Shown here in pieces: positions 27,777 to 34,534 of a DNA stretch of 42,278 bases; within the stretch, counting starts at the first letter, position 1, and every line of letters starts with the position of its first letter. The position numbers and the translations under genes are program-made. Location of the stretch: positions 4,287-46,564 of the forward strand of contig CAZFYQ010000006.1 in the NCBI GenBank assembly GCA_964523905.1. The letters run 5' to 3'. Origin of the DNA: an uncultured Gammaproteobacteria bacterium. GTDB taxonomy: Bacteria > Patescibacteriota > Microgenomatia > Daviesbacterales > UBA10151. The notes beneath the pieces were generated by a model that did no database searches, was not told the DNA's origin, and saw only the letters and a list, made by a program, of their open reading frames with translations.

Positions 27777-28499
27777 TCAGGTAAGCCGGGTAATTATAAA
27801 GATAAAGATCACTCCAATTACCGTCATTAATATGGTTTTAATAGATGAATGTTGGTGATGAGCCTCTGGTAAAATATCAGATGCTCCGATATATAATAAA
27901 AACCCGGCAAAAAAGCCCAGGTAAAGCACCAAAACTTGCTCTGAAACCTGAAAAAAGAGGGTAGAGATAGCACCTAAAACAGGGGCAATTGCATCTACCA
28001 AAAGTAATTTAAAAGCCTTTTGCGGGCTGTTTTTATGAACAATGGTTAAAGAAACTGTATTTAATCCATCAGAAAAATCATGGGCAATTACAGCCAAAGC
28101 CACCAAAAATCCCACAGTAGAGGAGACTTGAAAGCCTAAACCAATACCAACACCATCAATAAAAGAATGTCCGGACAAGGCTAGAGCTGATAAGACTCCC
28201 ACAGTGGGATGCTTATGCTGCCCATAGGTTTCTTCATCCTCATTATGTATTAACAAAAGCTTTTCAAAAATATGAAAGATTAAAAACCCTACCACAAGTG
28301 CCACCATTGGATAAACCGGCTGCATATTAGTTTGATTGACCAGTTCAATAATTTCCGGAAAAATATCAAAGCTCACTACAGCCAGTAATACACCAGCTGT
28401 AAAGCCTAAGATCAAATGTAATTTATCCTTAAATTTAAGCCCAACCAGACCGCCGATTAAGGTAGAGATAAAAGTGAAAATAGTTAAAATAATGGCCAT
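27777..28499 (-). CDS. ZIP family metal transporter
   Basis: FTAGVLL, HSFIDG, AHDFSDG, DILPEAH. Confidence 0.9.
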   Translation of the reverse strand: MAIILTIFTFISTLIGGLVGLKFKDKLHLILGFTAGVLLAVVSFDIFPEIIELVNQTNMQPVYPMVALVVGFLIFHIFEKLLLIHNEDEETYGQHKHPTVGVLSALALSGHSFIDGVGIGLGFQVSSTVGFLVALAVIAHDFSDGLNTVSLTIVHKNSPQKAFKLLLVDAIAPVLGAISTLFFQVSEQVLVLYLGFFAGFLLYIGASDILPEAHHQHSSIKTILMTVIGVIFIFIITRLT

Positions 28500-28576
28500 A
28501 CGTAGTTATTTTGCCAGTTTTGGACTGTGATTACAACTAATTTGATATTAATTTACGTTGGTATTATGATAAAAGT

Positions 28577-28960
28577 ATGTCACTGGAATATGGTGGGGGT
28601 AAGAAAAAGATTCTGGTGGTAGATGATGAGCAGTTGATTAGAGAATTCTATCAGGAGCTGCTAACTGGGGAAGGTTACGTGGTAATTGCTGCCAAAGATG
28701 GTAAAGAAGGGGTGGCTTTGGCTTTAGAGCAAAAGCCGGATTTGATTATTTTAGATATTTTGATGCCGGATATGGATGGATTTAGTGTTTTTAATCAGAT
28801 TAAGGCAGCTGGTCTAACATCTCCGGTCATATTTCTTACCAATGCCGGGGAGACTGAAAATATTTTACAAGCCAAAGAAGGAGCAGCTGCTTCTTTTTTA
28901 ATTAAAGCTAATATTAAACCAGAAGAATTACTGGCCGAAGTTAAAAGAGTTTTATCCTGA
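28577..28960 (+). CDS. single-domain response regulator (receiver)
   Basis: ILVVDDE, PDLIILDILMPDMDG, FLT, K. Confidence 0.93.
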   Translation: MSLEYGGGKKKILVVDDEQLIREFYQELLTGEGYVVIAAKDGKEGVALALEQKPDLIILDILMPDMDGFSVFNQIKAAGLTSPVIFLTNAGETENILQAKEGAAASFLIKANIKPEELLAEVKRVLS

Positions 28961-29031
28961 GCCGACGATGGGAATTGAACCCATGGCCTCATTCTTACCA
29001 AGAATGCGTTCTGCCACTGAACTACGTCGGC
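28960..29031 (-). tRNA. tRNA-Thr(GGT)
   Basis: Acceptor GCCGACG/CGTCGGC, anticodon arm CATTC-TTGGTAA-GAATG, T arm ATGGG-TTCAATT-CCCAT. Confidence 0.95.
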
Positions 29032-29049
29032 AATAGGGAATATTTTACA

Positions 29050-29553
29050 CTATGACTGGATTCTTGTCTTTAAGGAGGTGAAGTAGTTTTTCGGATTAAA
29101 GTTTACCAGGTATAAAGCAATTAACATATTGATTACAAAAAAGGCCACTTTGGTCAGATTGGGATGTATTAACAGAGCATAGGTTTCAAACGGCAACAGC
29201 AAAATTGTCACAATGATTAGTACATCTAGTCCCCAGTGTTTATGTTGCCAAAGCCCAATACAGCCAACCATTTTAGTAATACCTAAAAGTAGCAGAATAA
29301 ATACTACATAGCCTTGGTGGGCCAGTAAGTAGGGAATTATAAATTGTAAAACATTGGCCAGTAGGTCATGTGGGTCTTCTAAAACCTCACTATTTCGAAA
29401 ACTGGTATAAAGGGTATAAATCCTTTTGCCGTAGATAATGATTCCTAGTCCTAAAATTACCTCTACAAGTCCCAGTAGAAATTTATAGACAATAATTAAA
29501 CGAGAAATGTGATATTCGCTTTCTAGATTATTTTCAAAATCAGCAGAAGACAT
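29050..29553 (-). CDS. DUF2127-like membrane protein
   Basis: YKFLLGLVE, EDPHD, GLW...W, LPFE.Y, N...YL. Confidence 0.7.
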   Translation of the reverse strand: MSSADFENNLESEYHISRLIIVYKFLLGLVEVILGLGIIIYGKRIYTLYTSFRNSEVLEDPHDLLANVLQFIIPYLLAHQGYVVFILLLLGITKMVGCIGLWQHKHWGLDVLIIVTILLLPFETYALLIHPNLTKVAFFVINMLIALYLVNFNPKNYFTSLKTRIQS

Positions 29554-29601
29554 GAACTAATTATATATGCTATTTGCTAAAAAGAGAAATAGATTACTAT
29601 G

Positions 29602-29673
29602 AGCCTCCTGGCAGAAATCGAACTGCCGTCGACTGTTTACAAAACAGCTGCTTTACCATTAAGCTAAGGAGGC
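29602..29673 (-). tRNA. tRNA-Thr(TGT)
   Basis: Acceptor GCCTCCT/AGGAGGC, anticodon arm GCTGT-TTTGTAA-ACAGT, T arm GGCAG-TTCGATTT-CTGCC; upstream TGaTATAAT. Confidence 0.88.
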
Positions 29674-29758
29674 TAGAATTTATATTATATCAGTTTTATA
29701 GGGAAATTTACGAGTGGAGTTGAAGTGGACGCTTTGTCCACTTGGGCAACAATTTTTT

Positions 29759-29793
29759 AACTAAGAACTATGCACTACGAACTAATAACTAGA
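29759..29793. repeat. intergenic heptamer tandem repeat
   Basis: AACTAAG AACTATG CACTACG AACTAAT AACTAGA. Confidence 0.6.
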
Positions 29794-29794
29794 T

Positions 29795-30005
29795 AATATC
29801 TCCCTACTATAGTCGCTCAGCCAAATTTTCTCCTCAGAAATCTGAGGTGGGTGCTTTGTGAAATACTCCTAAGAGCAGATCAACGACAAGCTCCCTTGAA
29901 AAAACAAACAATGAAGAAAAAATTATTGGCTTTAAACGTGCAAAGCAGGGATGCCGGTAAGGGCAGTTGCATCTTTAGGCCATCTACAAAATGTCTTAAA
30001 GAATA
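29795..30005 (-). ncRNA. probable 6S RNA (ssrS-like)
   Basis: No convincing gene here. Promoter TTGACA-18-TATTGT (30040-30011); 5'/3' closing stem; AGCCAA(UA)AUUUUUUCUUCA pairs with UGAGGAGAAAAUUUGGCU using G-U pairs valid only on the minus strand; GGGAGC...GCACCCACCU motifs recalled from 6S RNAs. Confidence 0.55.
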
Positions 30006-30088
30006 ATCTAACAATATCACTAGTCGAAGTGACTTGTCAAGGGGGCAAAACTTGACAAAAAAAGATGTGTATGCTAATGTGTATGTGT

Positions 30089-30319
30089 ATGCTAAATCGA
30101 CGGGTACAGATCCTATTTGATAAAGATTCCTGGAACAAATTGGTCAAAGTTGCCAAGTCAGACAAAATCTCCGCCGGAGAATTTATTAGACAAGCTGTTA
30201 AGTTAGAACTAGAGAAAAAAGACTTAATTGATCAAAATAAAAGGATCCCTTTTAAGGGTTTATTTAACCGCGGATCAAAACCCAAGCAAGCTGCTAAGGA
30301 AACTCACAATAAATCCTAA
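30089..30319 (+). CDS. ribbon-helix-helix (CopG-like) protein
   Basis: RRVQILFD...L...AK...SAGEFIRQAV. Confidence 0.65.
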   Translation: MLNRRVQILFDKDSWNKLVKVAKSDKISAGEFIRQAVKLELEKKDLIDQNKRIPFKGLFNRGSKPKQAAKETHNKS

Positions 30320-30913
30320 AACTGTTTGCAAAAAAGAACCATTGCCAAAAGGCACCATTAGTAGAATCAGTAAAATGATAAAGCCATAAGGTTCAATTCG
30401 GGAATAGCTGCGTGCCAGGTTGTATGGTAACCAGGAAGATAGGATTCTGGATCCATCCAGTGGTGGAATAGGAAATAAGTTAAATACTCCCAGGACTAAG
30501 TTAATTAATACTGTGTAACGAAGCAATTCTCCCACAAGAACTGGAAAGGTTTGTGGAAGGCCGTCCAGGAAATGATAAATAATGGAGGCCAAAATAGCCA
30601 AGCCGAAATTAGCGGCAATGCCGGCAGCCGAAACAAACAGTTCACCTTTTCTAATATTGGAAAAGTTTAAAGGATTAACCGGTACTGGTTTGGCCCAGCC
30701 AAACAGGATTGGGGAGCCGGTAAACATAAGGAGTGCCGGCAACAAGATAGTTCCAATTGGATCAATGTGTGGCAAAGGGTTTAAAGTCAGTCTACCGGCA
30801 TTCTGGGCGGTCCTGTCCCCAAATCTCAGGGCCATTACTCCGTGCATTACTTCGTGGATAATTACCGAAAAAAGTAGGATAACTATTGATAAAGCTAGAA
30901 AAATTGGATCCAT
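30275..30913 (-). CDS. site-2 protease (M50) family protein
   Basis: HEVMH, GRLTLNP, GWAKPVPVN, NLFPIPPLDG. Confidence 0.93.
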   Translation of the reverse strand: MDPIFLALSIVILLFSVIIHEVMHGVMALRFGDRTAQNAGRLTLNPLPHIDPIGTILLPALLMFTGSPILFGWAKPVPVNPLNFSNIRKGELFVSAAGIAANFGLAILASIIYHFLDGLPQTFPVLVGELLRYTVLINLVLGVFNLFPIPPLDGSRILSSWLPYNLARSYSRIEPYGFIILLILLMVPFGNGSFLQTVLGFIVSFLSSLLGF

Positions 30914-30951
30914 GGTTGAGTTTTCAGCTAACAAATGTTATATTACCATAC

Positions 30952-31179
30952 ATGTTAGCATGCGCAAGATGTGGTAAAGGTAAAAATGTATTGAGCTTTT
31001 CCAGACACAAGAAAGGATCTTCCGGATCCGGTGGTGTCTGGGCACTCCGTGCTCCAATTCATAAAAGAACCCAAAAACCAAACTTACACGCTTTTAAAGG
31101 AGATAAATACTGTACTCAGTGTCTTCGAATTGTTAAACCAAAACATCAAGTAGCTGAAGTTCCGGTTGTCTCTACATAG
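30952..31179 (+). CDS. rpmB: 50S ribosomal protein L28
   Basis: CARCGK...KRTQKPNL...CTQCLR. Confidence 0.85.
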   Translation: MLACARCGKGKNVLSFSRHKKGSSGSGGVWALRAPIHKRTQKPNLHAFKGDKYCTQCLRIVKPKHQVAEVPVVST

Positions 31180-31181
31180 AT

Positions 31182-31844
31182 ATGACTGCGGAAAGACAGG
31201 GTGAAGACTCTCCTTTAAGGCCTTGGGAAGTTCAAGTAGGCGGTTTTCGACTAGATTTACTGAATAGACATTTAGATACCCAAAATGGAAGTTATCACTT
31301 GACTGCTGGAGAAACATTATTAGTATCAACCTTGATGCTGGCTGGCGGCGAATTGGTACCAAGAAATGCCAGCACTGCTAAAACTATTTGGGATATTAGA
31401 AATGTTTTATCCTCAGAAGATGCTAACAGGATTTGTGCTGGAAACCACGGTTACTATTTCGATATTCCAGATTCAGTAGATCAGGATATTGTATTAATAA
31501 ATGATCGAATACTTTATGGTCCTCTAAGTCTACAGCCAAACAGAAGACTTTTAAAAACCGCTGATAATGAAGCTTTCTTAGGTCCACATGAAGTGACCTC
31601 TCTTAAACTGTTAATGTTAAGAGGTGGTGATTTCGTATCCCATAGGAAATTTATCGAAAGAAGTGTTGCTAAAAACCCAGAAGCTTTAAGAACACATGTA
31701 TATCGAGTAAACGGAAGGTTAAAATTATTAGCTTCAGATCCGTCTATTTCTATTGAAGCAACAGCTGGATTTGGTTATCACTTAGAACCTAAGTTTGAAC
31801 CGGTTATTAAAAGAGGTGAAGAGGAAAATCCGGATAACCATTAA
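31182..31844 (+). CDS. protein with two OmpR/PhoB-type winged-helix domains and no receiver
   Basis: HLTAGETLL...LM...GELV...GYYF and LGPHEV..LK.LM...GDFVS...LRTHVYRV...GFGYHL. Confidence 0.6.
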   Translation: MTAERQGEDSPLRPWEVQVGGFRLDLLNRHLDTQNGSYHLTAGETLLVSTLMLAGGELVPRNASTAKTIWDIRNVLSSEDANRICAGNHGYYFDIPDSVDQDIVLINDRILYGPLSLQPNRRLLKTADNEAFLGPHEVTSLKLLMLRGGDFVSHRKFIERSVAKNPEALRTHVYRVNGRLKLLASDPSISIEATAGFGYHLEPKFEPVIKRGEEENPDNH

Positions 31845-32499
31845 AGAAGTCTTTGGCAGACAAGATTTTTTTACCTTCCATTTGCACACGGTTTTCGGGA
31901 AAGAATTTGACGATTTTGTTATTCCATTTACACCAGACTCCGGGCCAGGGGTAAAAAGCGCGGATCATTTGGTCTAGTTTTTGTGGATCCGGCGGGGTAG
32001 TGATGTCAAAATATCCATCTTCCCGGGTAAAAAGCTTGGTAAATGTGGCTTTGGCATGGTCTTGTGGAATGGGTTTAATTTTAGACTCTGTGAAATCTGT
32101 TATAAGTCCTGGTAAAACCTCTGCTGCAGTGAGGAATAATTTCTTACTCAAAGTATCAAAGTTATCACTACTGGAAAGCTCTAAAGTATCTTGGTATAAA
32201 ATCGGTCCGTGATCAACTTCTTGATCCATTTTAATAATACTATATCCACTGGTTTTATCACCATTTAACAGGGTTTGTTGGATGGGAGAAGGTCCGCGGT
32301 AGGTCGGTAACAGCGATGGATGGACATTAATGCAACCAAACTTTGGAGTTTCCAGCTCTTTTTTGGTGAGGATTTTTCCATAAGCTGCGACCACTGCTAA
32401 ATCTGCTTGGTCTAAAGAATCTACTAAAATAAAGTGTTTAGCTAAAGTCTGTTTAATTGGTTGCACAAAATCTGGAGTGCCTAAGAATGCGACCTTCAT
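31807..32499 (-). CDS. fmt: methionyl-tRNA formyltransferase (short form)
   Basis: FLGTPDF, INVHPSLLPTYRGPSPIQ, DHGPI, RAFYPWPG. Confidence 0.93.
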   Translation of the reverse strand: MKVAFLGTPDFVQPIKQTLAKHFILVDSLDQADLAVVAAYGKILTKKELETPKFGCINVHPSLLPTYRGPSPIQQTLLNGDKTSGYSIIKMDQEVDHGPILYQDTLELSSSDNFDTLSKKLFLTAAEVLPGLITDFTESKIKPIPQDHAKATFTKLFTREDGYFDITTPPDPQKLDQMIRAFYPWPGVWCKWNNKIVKFFPENRVQMEGKKILSAKDFFNGYPDFPLHLF

Positions 32500-33077
32500 A
32501 TGGTAATTTCTTCAAACATATCACTACCAGCCTTGTCTTTACCAGTAAAACGGTAAAATTGACCTTTTTGTTGCAGGACTTTTTCCGAAAAAAGCATGCC
32601 ATCCAGGTGATCAACTTCATGTTGGAATACCCAAGCTGGAAAACCAGTTAAATTTTTAGTGATTTGTTTACCATCAATATCCATATATGAAACTCTAATA
32701 CTTAAGTGCCGCTTTACTTTGCCCCAGATATTAGGAATAGACAAACAACCTTCAAAATAGGTTTTGGTTTTTTTAGAAAAGGACAGTATTTGCGGGTTAA
32801 TCACCGCTATAAATTCCTTGCCGTAATCCTTCCATCTACTAGAGCGGTCACCCGGTTCAGAAGGTGGAGTTTTACTTGAGCTATGAATTCTGGCTACAAA
32901 ATACCGTTCAGTTAAGCCTACCTGAGTAGCAGCCAGCCCTACTCCTTCAGGATCTTTAAAAGTTTTGGTAAGTTTAACCATTTCTTTTAAAGTTTGAAGT
33001 AAGGCCGGGGTAATTTTTTTAACCGGTCTAGTTTGTACTTTAAGTCTTGCATCAGGTGCTTTTACTACTTGCATCAT
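32496..33077 (-). CDS. def: peptide deformylase
   Basis: GVGLAATQVG, EGCLS, QHEVDHLDG. Confidence 0.96.
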   Translation of the reverse strand: MMQVVKAPDARLKVQTRPVKKITPALLQTLKEMVKLTKTFKDPEGVGLAATQVGLTERYFVARIHSSSKTPPSEPGDRSSRWKDYGKEFIAVINPQILSFSKKTKTYFEGCLSIPNIWGKVKRHLSIRVSYMDIDGKQITKNLTGFPAWVFQHEVDHLDGMLFSEKVLQQKGQFYRFTGKDKAGSDMFEEITI

Positions 33078-33105
33078 AAACGGATAATATCATATTGTTT
33101 AATTA

Positions 33106-34257
33106 ATGCCCAAATTAGGTCAAACAGGGTTAATTCAATATATAGTGTTGTTTGTTTTAGCTGTCGGATTAGTCGGCGGCCTCTACTTAGTCCAGCATCC
33201 CACCATTCTTCGTCCTCATGCTGAAGAATTAACTAATATTGGAGTTGGGTCTTCAAATCCACAAAGTTGTAATGCTCGTTTAGCCAGTCTTTCTGTGTCA
33301 AATCCTTGTGATGAAATAGCTAATGGATTTAGAACAATTCAGTATACTTGTAATAATAATCCAGGTACCTTTACAGATGGTAGAGGAGCTTGTATGAGTA
33401 TTCAAGATTTAATGGCATTAGCTCAGCATGTTTGTGAGGCACAGTGTTCTGTTAATGCTCCTACGCCAACTCCAAGTCAACCTACTCCAACTTCGGTTCC
33501 AGGTAGTAATGTTGTGACCTGTGAAGTACACACCTCAAGTATTTCCGGCAGCAATGCTCCTGTTACTGTAACTTTCTATTATGGTGCCAGCTGGAGTGTT
33601 CAGACGAATGATTATGTGACCGAGGTGCAGTGGGACTTTAATGGTGATGGTCAGTGGGATACATCTTATGATGTTAGTCAACAGCATCCAGCACCTCATA
33701 CTTATAATACTGCTGGAACTTATGATGTGAAGATGCACTTAAGAACTCATAATGGTTTGGAATCCGGTATTTGTACACAGGCTATCTTGGTTTTATCAAA
33801 TTCCGTTCCAACTCCCACACCCTCAACTAATAATAATTGGACTTTCTGTGCTCAGGAATTCCAAAGCTGTAACTTTAGTGGGACTGCTACTGTCCGCTAT
33901 GGTACCAGTGACAGTAACTATGTCTACAGAACTCTAAGCGGGCCGGTTGACTGTGGTAACGGTACTTTTGGGGATCCGGCTTTTGGGCAACTAAAGCATT
34001 GTGATTATCAGTTAGGAGGCGGTCAATATGCACCTACCCCGACTCCGACCCCTCCGTCAGCAGGTAATAACTGGATTTATTGTGGACAGGAATTTAGCGG
34101 AGCTTGTACTTTCCCCGGGACCAGACAGGTACGTTATGGTGCTAATGGAGTATTTACCAGTCCCAGAATATTCACTAACAGTGTTGAGTGTGGTAATGGT
34201 ACCTTTGGAGACCCGCTACCAGGTACTCTTAAGCACTGTGAGTATTTAGGCCAATAA
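33106..34257 (+). CDS. membrane-anchored Cys-rich surface protein with a PKD domain and two repeated C-terminal modules
   Basis: N-terminal TM helix, PT linkers, APVTVTF...WDFNGDG...HTY.TAGTY, 2x W..C.QE...C.F.GT..VRYG...CGNGTFGDP..G.LKHC. Confidence 0.8.
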   Translation: MPKLGQTGLIQYIVLFVLAVGLVGGLYLVQHPTILRPHAEELTNIGVGSSNPQSCNARLASLSVSNPCDEIANGFRTIQYTCNNNPGTFTDGRGACMSIQDLMALAQHVCEAQCSVNAPTPTPSQPTPTSVPGSNVVTCEVHTSSISGSNAPVTVTFYYGASWSVQTNDYVTEVQWDFNGDGQWDTSYDVSQQHPAPHTYNTAGTYDVKMHLRTHNGLESGICTQAILVLSNSVPTPTPSTNNNWTFCAQEFQSCNFSGTATVRYGTSDSNYVYRTLSGPVDCGNGTFGDPAFGQLKHCDYQLGGGQYAPTPTPTPPSAGNNWIYCGQEFSGACTFPGTRQVRYGANGVFTSPRIFTNSVECGNGTFGDPLPGTLKHCEYLGQ

Positions 34258-34258
34258 G

Positions 34259-34534
34259 CTAACGTTTAACTGGGTCAGTTTCTTTCAATTGTTTAAGTCT
34301 CCACATGAATACCCGGCCTTTGGATTTAGCAGAATAATAGCCTTTGGTGTAGTTTAAGGCTTCTTCCAGCAAATGACGAGGGGTTTGCTTGGCCAGTTTA
34401 ATATAGAGAGAATAATGTTTGGTGTCATCTAGACTTTCAGCCAAATAGACCCCATAGGTTTGGAATTCATAGGCAATATTTTTGGGACGGTCTTTGAATT
34501 TGACCTCTGCGATAGCCTTGGCAATTGATTTCAT
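34259..34534 (-). CDS. small basic hypothetical protein
   Basis: EFQTYG..LAE.L.D.KH.SLYIKLAK...FMW; ATGA-coupled to the upstream gene. Confidence 0.7.
   Translation of the reverse strand: MKSIAKAIAEVKFKDRPKNIAYEFQTYGVYLAESLDDTKHYSLYIKLAKQTPRHLLEEALNYTKGYYSAKSKGRVFMWRLKQLKETDPVKR

Noticed and set aside
28795-29001. 68-aa minus-strand ORF, and the 5' extension of the PhnD-like ORF to 27512
   Set aside because: Both begin inside tRNA genes.
29723-29743. AAGTGGAC/GTCCACTT hairpin as terminator of the 6S-like RNA
   Set aside because: No U tract on the minus strand; function unsupported.
33830-34250. TR/VR-like duplicated DNA
   Set aside because: Ordinary diverged protein-domain duplication; differences are not adenine-specific.
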